From positions 77,562,001-77,626,000 of the forward strand of contig OZ287752.1 of assembly GCA_965649765.1 (NCBI GenBank): 64,000 bases of DNA, read 5' to 3'. Below the pieces are notes generated by a model. The model searched no databases, had not been told where the DNA came from, and saw only the letters and a program-made list of their open reading frames with translations. Within the stretch, counting starts at the first letter, position 1. The number at the start of each line of letters is the position of its first letter. This stretch comes from Bispira polyomma (taxonomy: Eukaryota). A program made the position numbers and the translations under genes. Below are positions 51,208 through 64,000 of this stretch, in pieces.

Positions 51208-52679
51208 TATATATAGATTATCGCTAAATATACTACACACACACACTTGTTCCTTGTGTGTTTAAGCTTGATGAAAAATTCTACAGAAGTTAAGGACAGT
51301 TCAAAATTTCCATGGCCAAGGTGCGGGCTATTGTGCATTTCCTTGTATCTTTATTGGTGAGCTAGGAAATTTTTTATGATGACTTCAGAATATCTCGGAT
51401 TTATTAACATAGCCATATTTGCGAGCCGAACCTTGAATCTGTGACCTTGGCATTATAAACAACAGTATTAGGAGCCTTTTGACATTCTCGTTACATAAGG
51501 GACAGTAAAATGATTATGGGTGAGTCTAGTTCAACAATAAAATGCCAGCTAAGGCAATGACCTGAAGCCATTATATGTAGCTTGCAAAAACAGAAGCCAC
51601 CCAAAATTTTAAACTCAACTTAAACACAAAGTAAGATATATCTGGGAAAAAGTCCCTGTATGGGAACAGTAATTTATATCTGTGCCCAATTCTGTTAGGT
51701 ACAGCATTTAATGTTGAATTCAGATATGAAGCCAGATCAGCTTTTAATAGAGATAGATAGATATATCTGAAAAGCATGGATTTGAGTTAATATATATATA
51801 AGTATGGCTGTGAGTATAGGCATCAGAAATCAGAGAACTTTAAATGGCCATCAGGGGTGGGCCATTAGTCAGACAGGTTACCTTTTTATGACTAATATGG
51901 ACATGGGAAAAGCTAATAAAAGTGGATATAATAGACCTCCCCTTCTTACAGTAGGTACAATAAACTAGGAAAATATCAGCTACATCTACATGTATGTGTG
52001 CTGCAATTTTAAATTTGATAAACAATCAGATTATAACTATTCATTATAGTAATAGTGAAATATAATAAACTAAAGAGAAGCTATACATATAAATGTAAAA
52101 ATGGCAGTGAGATTGTCAAAAATTATATTACATGTATTGGGGGTTAATTATATATCTTTGAAATCAGGGGCAATGTTTATGGTGGCTACTGCACAGCAGG
52201 GGATTTGCTTGGCAAATGTCAACAAATAAATATTATGTCTTATAATAGGTTTGGTGCTTTGGTCAGGATTTAAGATGTAGGTTTTTTGTATGATATTTAA
52301 GGCCAGAATACTGCAATTGACTTGCATAAACTTCATGAATGGCAAATTTGATTTATTTCCTCAACAAAGGAGGTAATGTTTTTGTCTCTACATCAATTTT
52401 GGGGTGGATCCGAATAGAAGGGCAGATCCAGAATTACTTGTTTATTTTTTTGTTTTGGCACTGTGGATCCTTGTCCTATGACAAAGTAAATATTGTTATT
52501 ATATATATTAAACTTTTTAGTGCTTATTTTCTTTGTAACAAATTCTAAGGCGCAAAACAAACCCACAACCAGAGCCAAAAATAACTAATGTGATTGTGAG
52601 AAGGAAGTCGTCAACAATACGTATCATTGAACAGATAGGTCTTTAAACTATGCCAGAAAAAATGCAGGGCCTATAGATA

Positions 52680-53080
52680 ATAATATAATAATTGAAGCAT
52701 TTATAAAGCGCCAAATTGATGAGAACATCTATTCGGCACTGATATCCATAAAGGAATGTCCAGGGGCAAGCAAAAGGTTATCACCAGAAAGCATCCACCA
52801 GGGAAGGGTGACTAAGGAAGGGGGTATGTCAGTCTAAAAAGGTAAGGTTCTGAATGGCGTCAGAAACCAGTGATTTCATCCTGTGATCTCACAGCAATGC
52901 AGTGCCTGCCAATTTTCCTATTTGGTCGGGTTGAGAAAACAAAGAGGTAGCTTTAATGGATAAGGGTGATGAGTGGGACGAAATGAGGAAGTAGGTTGAG
53001 TTTGATAGCTTTGAACACAAGAAGGTTGTATTTAAAATGAATACGCTGTTTGACAGGTAGCCAGTGAGTTTAGCCAGTGG
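52680..53080 (-). pseudogene. L2-clade LINE 3' fragment truncated at the duplication junction
   Basis: Reverse complement of 53000-53065 reads HWLPVKQRIHFKYNLLVFKAI; 3' end gcgctttataaatgcttcaattattat. Confidence 0.8.
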
Positions 53081-55386
53081 TCTTTCTTGGTCCATACCCT
53101 CAACCAAGTTTAACATAAATTAGTTCAGCAGTTTTGATGTAATCCTGGTGACAAACAAACCAAGCAACAACAGGCAAAAACAAAATCTCCTTGGTATCAG
53201 TAATAGTAAGAATAATGTGATCACTCAGTACAATTAAATGGATTCCCTTATGCTATGGAACCGCCTTCCAGTTGAACTTAGAATGCTTGAAACACTTTAA
53301 CGATTTAGGAAAAAGCTCAAAACCTATCTCTTCAAGCTCGCCTATCCTCCGTAGTTCCCTCCCCGGGTGCTGATGCATCCATCCTTACGACCTGGCTATT
53401 GTTTATCGATTTTTCTATTGGCTGATCGATTCTGATGTTGTGCCTAGCATCAATAAGGTGCTTTAAAAATGTACAATACAATTGAACATTGGTAAAAATT
53501 TGGATGTGCAGAAATCTTTGCTTTACAACATATCTTTTTTTTAACCAAACTTGAGTCTCTGAAAGGCTGCCAGATACAAGATTTTTCTATGATATCTTTA
53601 TGGTGACTGAGGTAAGGAGAAAAAGGTTACGAGAGGACAAGTAGATGGGGGAGTATTGATATAAATTTGTACGGGAAAATCTTCACATGAAAAGAGTGTC
53701 TGGATATTGTATCTTCTAAAGATTACTGTAAAATCATGAAATTAAAATCTGCTACACTGGCTTAGGAACACAAAAAGATATGGGTTTGATCCCAGCCAAT
53801 GGGATACAGGCTGATACATGATGGCTCGGATGAGCATTTAAAAAAATCGTAATCCTCTGACATTAGGTCATATCCTCAGTAGCATGCTGACCAAACCTTA
53901 AAGACATTGATAAACACTCGTCCTCAAGCCTCTCTATTGAGTTAGGTCAATGTCAGGTTACTGGTGATGGTTTGCTGTACTTAGGCAGTCAAAAAACGTT
54001 GATTGATTTTTAACACCACATAAATGTACATAAATGCAATGAATATAAACTGGAATAATAATTTTTTAAAAAAATGTATAAAGCACCAAATTGATGAGAA
54101 CATCCTCTAAGGGGCTGATATCCAAAAAAGGAAAGTAGACAGGTTTCTGTGCTGAAACCAGTTGGTCTCATGATCAGAAGTTCCTCAGTTCAATACCAGA
54201 TGGGGCAGTTGGTCTGGTGAACAACAGATCCCCTATTCGATTCCAGCTAATGTCCCTAGATTCATTAGTGGGATAACATCCTTGGGCAAGATGTGAATAT
54301 ACCACAATTGCCTAATGATGACGACACAGTCAATGGTGTAGGACTATCAGTTTCAGAGAAGCAGCACCTCAAGGGGGGGGGAATACACCTGGCCAATTTT
54401 GCTTCCGAATCCGTCATTCGATGTCCAAATTTGCAGATAGACTACATCCGAAAAACTGACCATTTTTTCTTTTGTTTATTTTTTCTACTACTAGTGTTTT
54501 AATGTAAATAATATTACGTAGGTGTTAATTTAATTCATATTCCTGTCCGCCATTTGAAAAAATTGGTCTTTCAAAAATTGGTCCACCGATTTTGACGTGC
54601 CATGGGCCAGGTGTATTGCACTTCTCTATTTATTTGATTTTTTTGATGACGGAAACGAACTTCGGATGACGCATTTGGAAACAAAATCGGCCAGGTATAT
54701 TTGCCACTTTAGGGGGTGATATATCAAAATGGTGCTATGTAACAATAGTATATTTTGTACAAATAGTCAATACATGTATCACAAAATCAACTTGACCAAC
54801 AATAAACCTATGATAGTATGATATGATTGTAACTTGTAAGTTAGCAGAAGACTACGTATTAGGTTTGCATAGACAGAAATAGCTTTCAATATTGGCTGAG
54901 AAATAAATTCAGAATAAGGCTGAGTTAGTTTTAGGGTCACACTGTGCCAAGTAATCCTAAGGAAAAAAAACACCCACCTTATTTAGCTATAGGTGCTTAA
55001 GTTCAAATTGTGGTCACCTCAATGAAAAATGAGGTTAAGGTAACTAGAAGTTTAACTCTAAGTTCATCTTAAAGTGAACTCTTAAAACTCTTTTAAGTTA
55101 CGACTACCTCAAAGTGAGCAGCCACTTAGCTAGAACTTATGGTTACCTTAACCTAAGGTCTGTTTAAGTTTAACTTAGCTCTTTCTAAGCTGTGTATATA
55201 TATACATATATATACTAAGTGTCTTAGTGTAGCAACAGTAGTAGCAAATATGGTTTAGTTGTTTTGTTTATGTCAGATACCCAAATGACTTGTTTTAAAA
55301 TAAAATCTGTTATTAGAGAAATTTATTTTTTTTCATACGTCGTCACTCTCTACGTGATATGATCTGATGGACTGATTCACGTTTAT

Positions 55387-56161
55387 AATAATAATAATAA
55401 TAGTTTATTTTCGTACTCACATCGTAACTACATAAATGACAAACAGACAATAAAACAGATTAACTAATTATAACAGCACAGTAAGTATGTATAGAAAAGA
55501 GGTGCTAACTTAAATGTATAATTCTATTCATAATTGATCTTCACATAGATATTTTAGCATAAAATTTATTTCATACCTTGTAAATCTTGTAGTGTTGTTA
55601 TCCCTTAGATACAGTAAGTCCTTAATATTTTCTATAATATGACATTCATTTGTCTCATTCATACCATTTCTACAGGTCTTAAAAATCTGGTTACTGTAAG
55701 TCTCAACAAGTTTATCTTTACCAATATTGACCATTTTTGACATACTATTTATATTATTGCTAACATTAGAACTATTCCCTGACAAAGCCAGCTTAGCACA
55801 AGTAGAGATGACATAGTTAGTACTAGAAATACAACTCTGAAAAAACTTTAAAAATCTCTTATACATCTGCATGTACAACTCTTGGTCATCACATATGGAA
55901 CTAAGGTACCTGTTGTGGGTACGTGGAGGTAATCTCCATATTAGCCTGACAGACTTCCTCCAGGCTATTGTGAAATCCTTGAATTCTTTACTATTATAAT
56001 CCCACAAAACACATCCATATAGTGACATACAATATGTTTTGAACAATTTAAACCTGACAAATGAATGGCCCTTAGAGAATATAGAATATATACAGTTTGT
56101 TGCTGGAGTAAATTTATCCTTAGCCACTTTAACCATTTCATTTTTATTCTCAGAGCTTCTC
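55387..56161 (-). mobile_element. Non-LTR retrotransposon 3' fragment (RTE-X-like), copy-B-specific; contains ORF 55528-56136
   Basis: KLFKTYCMSLYGCVLWDY...AWRKSVRLIWRLPPRTH..L is a LINE ORF2 post-RT motif; AATAAA followed by (TAT)n tail; empty site ttcaggtttatgaccaccatc at ~48755 in copy A. Clade call from recall. Confidence 0.8.
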
Positions 56162-57811
56162 TATGACCACCATCTATTACTTTGTTAGCCTATATGTGTC
56201 CAAGTCTAACCTGTACTAGTGTCCACTCTCAAAGAGAGACCACTCCTACTTAAGGACAACTTTGAATCCTCCAATAAATTTTCCTATGCAAATAGGCTCT
56301 ATAGAAAGACCACTCCTAAGTTGTGACCAGAGACCGCCTATATTATTCCTGACGACAAGATTTGACCTGGATAGGAAAGACTGCTTCACCATATTGCAGA
56401 CACTATCACAAGTTTATAGCCTCAAAGCTTGCAGCTACTTACATGCTTCGTTCTTTCTTAGCATTAAGCTCTCAGTTTATAAAACAGAAGAAGGGTATTA
56501 ACTTACTATAACAGATAAATTTGTGATGAATTTGTCTTAGCCATTCGTGTAAATGAGACCTAGCTAGTAAAGTGTTAGTTCAAACTTCTAACATAGATTT
56601 AGTCATACTACAAACAAAAAATTGTCCAGAAAGTCCTAGACCTCTTTATATTATAGAATCTGTGAACCGTTCCATGGACCCCACACAATCACCTATCTGT
56701 ACTGCACTAAATGCTGTAAAAATATGTTTACAAGGCTATTGTTAAACCTCTAAACCTGAGAGCTCAAACTTAAGGCAAAACCACACCCATAGCCTTAAAT
56801 AAACCAGACATATTATACATGATTTAGAAATAATGGGACAAGATATACCCCCTTTTCTCTTTGTAATAGAAACAAAATTCCATACAAGTATAGATGTAAC
56901 CTTAATCTTAATGTACCATAAGTTCCACGTTTCTAGCTTTCCTATTCCTGCACATGGTCCCACCCACCCTTCTAGTGCCCCTGTCACACATTCAAGGTGA
57001 GGCCACTAAATCCAATTCTGTAAACCAGCTTACTTCGATCAGGGCAATCGTTTGTGTTTCTCACCAATGTGGGTTTGAATCCCATACGTTCCTTCATGTG
57101 GTAAAGTTTGGCTGGTGCTTGCTGTAGATTGGTGGTTTACACTTGCTTCAACAATGGTTTCTTCAACCATTGAATCTAGTGAAGCTGTTGAAAAGACGCA
57201 AAAACTCAAATTAACTCAAATTTGAATGTTATATTTTTGTGTAAATGTTTATACGTAGATGTTACAAAAATATATAAATTAAAAAATTATTGCCACGTTT
57301 CGGCCCCTGGGTATACACTGATCATCCTTAGAATTGACAATGACGCAATTTTATGAGGGGGGTTTTGGAATGTCATGATGCTGCTGCATACTTGTTGCGC
57401 ATTTCCAAGTTGTGGCTAAGAATACACAAGTTTAAACAAACTTTATTAGATTTTGCTACATATATATATATATATAGATTATCGCTAAATATAAAACACA
57501 CACACTTGTTCCTTGTGTGTTTAAGCTTGATGAAAAATTCTACAGAAGTTAAGGACAGTTCAAAATTTCCGTGGCCAAGGTGCGGGCTATTGTGCATGTC
57601 CTTGTTTCTTTATTGGTGGGCTAGGTATTTTTTTATGATGACTTCAGGATATCTCGGATTTATTAACATAGCCATATTCGCGAGTGGAACCTTGAATCTG
57701 TGACCTTGGCATTATAAACAACAGTATTAGGAGCCTTTTGACATTCTCGTTATATAAGGGACAATAAAATGATTATGGGTGAGTCTAGTTCAACAATAAA
57801 ATGCCAGCTAA

Positions 57812-58472
57812 GCCTACGCTTCCTTTCAGCACATTCCGACATCGGCCGATTTGTGTGTGTCCGATCCGATCCGACGTCGGCCGACGTTGTGCTTCCTTTC
57901 ATCAGATATACACTCAAAATTCGTCAGATCTTAATGTTTAAAATGGCATGAGAAAGGTTATTTTATTGTGATTACAGTGCTTTTTTTCCACCAAAATTCG
58001 TTGAGAAACGGCTAAGATATGTACAGTTAACTAAGGCTACCCATTTTTACTTCCTGGTTTGTAAGCTGTGACGTGGCTACAAAACTGACGTCATTATGAT
58101 GTTTTGTGACGAATTATTTACAATGTAAGGAGGAAGTTAAATGGAGTATCCATCTTTTAACCTTAATTTCTGAGCCGTTTCTCAACAGATTTTGGTGGGG
58201 GGAAAAACACAGTAATCACAATGAAATAACCTTTCTCATGCCATTTTTTACTTATCCGACGAATATTGAGTATGTATGGGATGGAAACTATACCTGTGAT
58301 AGCATTTTGCAGCCATTTTTGTTTCAAAATCGGTCAGTCCTCCCGATTTTTTTCCCTCCCTGACAGATAAAAACTGTTGGCCAAACAGACGTCGGCCAAC
58401 GTCTGATTGGATTTGATGCAAATCTGATGAAGGGAAGCACTTGTTAGTATTGTATAATGAGGGAAAAAATCG
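57812..58472. mobile_element. PIF/Harbinger-like MITE (family of 19493-20120), copy-B-specific, right TIR lost
   Basis: Starts gcctacgcttcctttca directly after gcTAA; copy A has the empty site gctaag at ~51550; right end fuses to acaaagtaagatatatc, skipping ~75 bp present in copy A. Confidence 0.88.
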
Positions 58473-59569
58473 ACAAAGTAAGATATATCTGGGAAAAAGT
58501 CCCTGTATGTGAACAGTAATTTATATCTGTGCCCAATTCTGTTAGGTACAGCATTTAATGTTGAATTTAGGTATGAAGCCAGATCAGCTTTTAATAGAGA
58601 TAGATAGATAGATATATCTGAAAAGCATAGATTTGAGTTAATATAAAAAAGAATAGCTGTGAATATAGACATCAGAAATCAGAGAACTATCGTCAGTTTA
58701 AATGGCCATCAGGGGTGGGCCATTAGTCAGACAGGTTACCTTTTTATGACTAATATGGACATGGGAAAAGCTAATAAAAGTGGATATAATAGACCTCCCC
58801 TTCTTGCAGTAGGTACAGTAAACTAGGAAAATATCAGCTACATCTACATGTATGTGTGCTGCAATTTTAAATTTGATAAACAATCAGATTATAACTATTC
58901 ATTTTTGTAATAGTGAAATGTAATAGACAAAAGAGAAGGTACAAATATAAATGTAAAAATGGCAGTGAGATTGTCAAAAATTATATTACATGTATTGGGG
59001 GCTAATTATATATCTTTGAACTCAGGGGCAATGTTTATGGTGGCTACTGCACAGCAGGGGATTTGCTTGGTAAATGTCAACAAATAAATATTATGTCCTA
59101 TAATAGGTTTGGCGCTTTGGTCAGGATTTAAGATGTAGGTTTTTTGTATGATATTTAAGGCCAGATTACTGCAAGTAACTTGCATAAAATTCATGAATGG
59201 CAAATTTGATATATTTTCTCAATGAAGGAGGTAATGTTTTTGTCTCTACATTAATTTTGGGGTGGATCCGAATAGAAGGGCAGATCCAGAATTACTTGTT
59301 TATTTTTTTGTTTTGGTACTGTGGATCCTTATTCTCTACTTGTTCAGTACTCTATTATAACAAAGTAAATATTGTTACTATATTATATAAACTTTTTAGC
59401 ACTTATATTCTTTGTAACAAATTCTAAGGCGCAACAAACCCACAAAAATAACTAATTAATAATTGAGAGAAGGAAGTCATCAACAATACGTCCACCGAGA
59501 ACAGGAACGAGGCTGTGGAGGGAATGCATCATGGAAGAGATAAGTATCGATGCAGGGCCTATAGATAAT

Positions 59570-60270
59570 AATATAATAATTGAAGCATTTATAGAGCCCC
59601 AAACTGATGAGAACATCTCTACGGCCCTGATGTCCATAAAGGGAGGTCTATTGGCAAGCAAAAAGTCGTTACCCGAAAACATCTACCAGGGAAGGGTGAC
59701 TTAGGAGGGGGATATGCCAGTCTGAAAAGGTAAAGTTTGAGATCACTTCTGAAACCAGTGATTTCACCCTGTGACCTCACAGCAATGCAGTGCCTGCCAC
59801 TTTTGCTATTTGGTCGGGTTGAGAAAACAAAGAGGTAGTTTTCCTGGGTAAGGCTACTAGACTTGATGAATGGGAACAAATGAGGAGGTTGGTTGAGTTT
59901 GATAGCTTTGAATACAAGAAGGTTGTATTTAAAATGAATGACAGAGGGTCTTTTTGACTCTTTGGAGCCTCGTTATATTCACCGTACTAATACCATACAG
60001 CAAGGAATTGTAATAGTCTAGCCAACTGCTCATCATGGCATTTGCCACGTGGACCGAAGTTTTAAGACTGAAATTCCTGCGTATTCTATGCAGATCGCCC
60101 AGATGGTAATAGCAGGCCCAGCAGACAATAGCTACATGACTACCGTATGAGATGTCTTGGTCAAAGATAACACCAAGGTTCTTTACTTTACTTGCTCATG
60201 ACATATTGTTGTCGAGGAGCTGACAAGGAAGAACAGTTTCAAGCTCACTTGAGTAACATTGCCACCTAGA
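59570..60270 (-). pseudogene. L2-clade LINE 3' fragment (partly missed by the ORF track)
   Basis: Reverse complement of ~59940-60195 reads SKVKNLGVIFDQDISYGSHVAIVCWACYYHLGDLHRIRRNFSLKTSVHVANAMMSSWLDYYNSLLYGISTVNITRLQRV, then KYNLLVFKAIKLNQPPHL and FRSDLKLYLFRLAYPP. Confidence 0.9.
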
Positions 60271-61817
60271 GTAATAATTCAGTTGTTTTTTAGATGAAGC
60301 TGTTCTAAAGTGTTGGGAGAAACTATTTCATGGAGTAGGAGCATCTTTTTGAAACCCTTTTGGACTTTTATTTGGAAACAATAATTATATTTAGGAGTAG
60401 CTTGCCTGGTCCTAACATTGCAGTAGTGGCACATGTGTGGTTGTAAGTATTACGGCAAACCCAAATCAAGAAGTATACACTATTGTAGCAGTCTTAAAAG
60501 CACACTGATACCTAGTAGGATGCCAATGGAGTGAATTTAGGAGGGCTGAGGCAGGTGAAAGTCGACAACTGACCAGCTACAATCAACGCAAAGTCAAAAT
60601 AAACCTCCACCTCACATCTATTTTTCAAAAGATCCTCAGTTAAATCTCTATTCCTCAAGCAAGACTGGCTTGTCGCACTTCTTCCTAGGTTGATCTATTA
60701 CCATCCCTCAGACCTTTACTATGTCACCAACATATTTCTTGCTTATCCCTTGAAGTGCCCATAGCTTTTGCTGATTAAATCTCCCTTATTCTGCCAATTT
60801 TCTCTAATGTGTTATTTACTTTACAACTAACTCTCTGCTCTGTCTCACTTTAACTTCAGGGTAAGTTTTAACTCAGGGAAATAGTTAAATAGTTTTATAC
60901 CTGCACCATTAACTACAACAATATATATAAATACAAAGGGGTAGCAAGAGTGTCCTAAAAACTATACATACTTCAACAGTGGTTAAAGATTAATATTTTC
61001 ATTTAACATTTTTTTCCCCTATATATCAGTATTTGGCATACATATTAGAGATTGAGTATTCAAGATTTATTTCCTTTCTTCCTGACTAACACCAATTTTT
61101 TATTTGTAAGAAAGGTTGCTTGTGTATCCAGATAGATATCAATTTGAGTACGATTTCAATCAGAAATAGCTCCCTGTTGGAAATCAGTCTTTTAGTTGGG
61201 ACTATATTCAAGAAAAATTGGAGGGTCCAAAGTAGCAGTGATTAGATCTGACACGGTTGTGATTTGTTAAAACCATTCAGAATGGATTTCTGTTCACTAC
61301 AATAAATGATTTGTAAGTAGCACATTGTATCGGATAAAGTTACTTGAAATTTGTTTGCTTTAGTTACTACTGTAAATTATTCCTTTTGACGAGGCGATGT
61401 TTTTCGGACTATCCCTTGGTTTTCAGGGTTTATTGGATCTTGTGAACTGGGTCACAATATGACCTCTTTGGTGAAGGGTAAAGGTTATGTCGACGTAAAT
61501 GTGGATTTTGTATTAACTCCTAACCATCTAATGCTGACCATTTATTTTAGTGCAGTTTAAATTGTTACCTGAAACAAAATTTAAATAAATATTTATGGAA
61601 GCCGATGATATGGATGTACGTACTAACCGTTAGATTCTAGTTAGAGTTAAGCTTGAAGGATATTTTAGTAAAGTACATGGTTATAAATCTGTTTAGTAGA
61701 TTCCCCTGTCACTTGGCACATATAGATCACAATGAGATTGTATCTTTACAAGAACAAGTTGCGGTGAGGTTTGTTCTCCTGATTTATGCTGTCTCACAGA
61801 ACATGTCATTTAGTGTG

Positions 61818-61988
61818 TCAGACAGCCATACATACAGCCATAGAAACATTCATACACACATATAGACAGCCATAGAGAAGTCATCCAGACACCCATAAAC
61901 AGCCATACACAGCCACACATACACCCACACCCATATTCGTACACAGCCATACACACATACAGACAGTCATATACAACCATACAAGCAC
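61818..61988 (+). repeat. Degenerate CA-rich microsatellite (acagccatac-type units)
   Basis: Repeated acagccata / acacacat units. Confidence 0.85.
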
Positions 61989-62550
61989 ATTTCTTCAATT
62001 TGTATTCCATTTGAAGGTTTTATGAAACTATGAAATAAATTTACTTGATCATTGATTTTTGCTACTATTTTAGTTATAATATACTTAATCTAGATTGCTC
62101 ATTTGCTGAACTAGTCTAAAAATATCAGGAAAACGTTTGCAGCAGCCCATATTTTTGTTGAAACTCCAAAAATTTGTTTCGCAACATTTTCTAAATCTGT
62201 GTAGAGCCTATATTTTCAATGTTCACAAATTTATTTCACAACACATTTAAACTTATAAAAAATATGTAAAATTTCCACATATATACAAATACGTTACTAT
62301 AGTAAAATGACTGAACTGAGATAATCAATATAATTATTATATATGTGATGTTTTAACTCAACATTGACTAACACATGAGAGTAAATAGGTTAGTAATACT
62401 TTTCCTGATATTTGTCACTACATTACAACAAAGTCCCACTGCTTGTACTGAGGACAAATTTTCCATAAGGTGCCTCATACGTAAACCAGAATTGCCTTTA
62501 AAAAAGCGGCCGGTGCACAGTGTGAAATACATTAACGTTGAAATATATAT

Positions 62551-62880
62551 CTGGTCTCTGTGGCCTAAAGGTTAAAGTGTCGGACTTTGGATCTTGGGTA
62601 TCTTGAGAGCCAGGGTTCGATCCTCGCCTGCAGGCCTGGAGATTGTACCATTGGACAAGGTGCTTTACACAAAAGTTGCCCCTCTTTAACCAGGTGTACA
62701 AATGGGTACCTGGCAGCTAATGGTTGTTAGTCTTTGTGCGCTGTATGTGGCAGCACGGCTAGTATGCTGAGACTGAACAATTGGTTGAGAAGTAAAAAAA
62801 CCCAGGCTGGGGGTGTAAACTGTAAAGTCGGCTGAGACCTCAATCGAGATGATATCTAACTATAAACATGGCATTTATAT
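62551..62880 (+). mobile_element. CORE-type tRNA SINE (family D), near full length
   Basis: A box TGGCCTAAAGG, B box GGTTCGATCC, CORE-like cattggacaaggtgcttt...ccaggtgtacaaatgggtacc, and L2-like tail tgtaaagtcggctgagacc...ctataaa. Confidence 0.8.
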
Positions 62881-63764
62881 GGTCATTATATACTCTATAT
62901 ACCTCTGTTTAGCTGGGTCAGTTGCTTTCAACCAATCCCTGAAGGCCTTTCATATTTTCTAAGATAGCTGCACCCTTTTCAGAATGGAAACAATATCAGG
63001 CTACACCTGATAAAAAGCCCAGCAACAAATGCCTCAGTCCTGGATATATTTCTATCACTTACTACTGTATCACTGTCCTCAGTAAAAGACACTTCAAGTG
63101 AAATATTTTTCTCTCTACATATTAAAGGTCTTTGCTGTTGTGCAGAGGGGTCAATATTGTTGATGTATGTGGCATCAATTTTTTGACTAAATCTTTTTCC
63201 CCGAAGTTATAAAACCACTCCCAGAATGTGTGTTACTGCTCTTATGTGGGGGGTCATAAATTGTTTTATCAATGTCTTTTTGTTTTTATACTGTCAGGGT
63301 GAATAGAATATAAATGGCAATGAACACATCTTTGGGGGGAATGTAAGAGTTAATGTCCAAGTAGTCCCCCATTAGGACTTAGTTATGGCGACAAAGGCCA
63401 TCGCTTTCATGTGGATTGTTAGTTGACGTGAGCTATGTTGTTTTAATCTGGATGACATTGGATTTAATGGTAATGTCTGGCCCCTTTAGAAAACACTGTC
63501 TTGGATATGGACAGAAGAAATTTCTGTACAAACCTGATCTCTGCACTGGTTTTGTATATAGCTTTGAACGTGTACACCATTCTCTTGATTCTGGTATTGA
63601 CTTAAACGTCATATCTAATTATTCAACACTCTGCTGTCATTGATTCCAATCTTGGTCCTAAAAATAGACTTTGTAATTGTATTCAGATTCATACTCAGCA
63701 GATATATCTACCATCGTCTCGTATTCAGAGCGCTAATTAACCATTTCCTTACTGCCAGTCAACA

Positions 63765-63958
63765 TCCCCAGTTACTGTCATTCCCCTAACTGAAGAGCGA
63801 GGCTTAAGGATGACCATTTATCAACGTCCCTTTAGCCTGCCACTGGGGAAAGGACTTAGAGACTGAGAACCACCAACGTGTGTACATATCTTACCCGGGA
63901 ATAGAACGCAAGACCTTCTAATCATCAGACCAACTCCCTAACCACTATGCCAAGGGGA
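63765..63958 (-). mobile_element. SINE family C with internal deletion
   Basis: Reverse complement tggcatagtggttagggagttggtctgatgattagaaggtc...caggctaaagggacgttgata...cttcagttagggga. Confidence 0.72.
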
Positions 63959-64000
63959 ACTGGCTGAAGGTAGGGTAGAAATCATGACCAACTCCCCCTG

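Larger units (their letters stand above)
46161..53080 (+). repeat. Tandem segmental duplication, copy A (~6.9 kb)
   Basis: Co-linear with 53081-59940 from ttggtccataccctcaac to gaaggttgtatttaaaatgaat; paired near-identical short ORFs in the track (48114/54779, 48859/56262, 51840/58698, 52148/59006). Confidence 0.97.
53081..59940 (+). repeat. Tandem segmental duplication, copy B (~6.9 kb)
   Basis: See copy A. Confidence 0.97.

Noticed and set aside
51840-52025. 61-aa ORF identical in both duplication copies (58698-58883)
   Set aside because: Identity is explained by high local DNA identity of the duplication; non-ATG start, no domain or splice support.

Overview
AT-rich animal (most likely marine invertebrate, inferred from repeat content) genomic DNA dominated by transposable elements; I could not support any host protein-coding gene, rRNA, true tRNA or CRISPR array. 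Recognisable content: (1) a decayed tyrosine-recombinase retrotransposon (DIRS order, Ngaro-like: gag, RT, RNase H, YR, no methyltransferase) on the minus strand at ~9.7-14.6 kb; (2) a 5'-truncated Tx1/L1-clade LINE with a 13-bp TSD at 23.7-26.7 kb; (3) several L2-clade 3' fragments and one RTE-X-like fragment; (4) at least four tRNA-headed SINE families; (5) many non-autonomous DNA transposons (TAA-TSD PIF/Harbinger-like, a 9-bp-TSD Mutator-like, a 6-bp-TSD element, a (TA)n-inserted long-TIR element, Helentron-like pieces); (6) two local duplications (1-1573 = 6655-8117, and a ~6.9-kb tandem pair 46161-53080 / 53081-59940 with copy-specific insertions); (7) a 198-N gap. The most interesting observation is a phase-compatible splice donor in gag and acceptor(s) just before the YR domain of the YR retrotransposon, which would give a spliced Gag-N/YR fusion that skips RT-RNase H. 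Most short ORFs in the supplied track are chance or repeat-derived. All alignments and identity estimates were made by eye.
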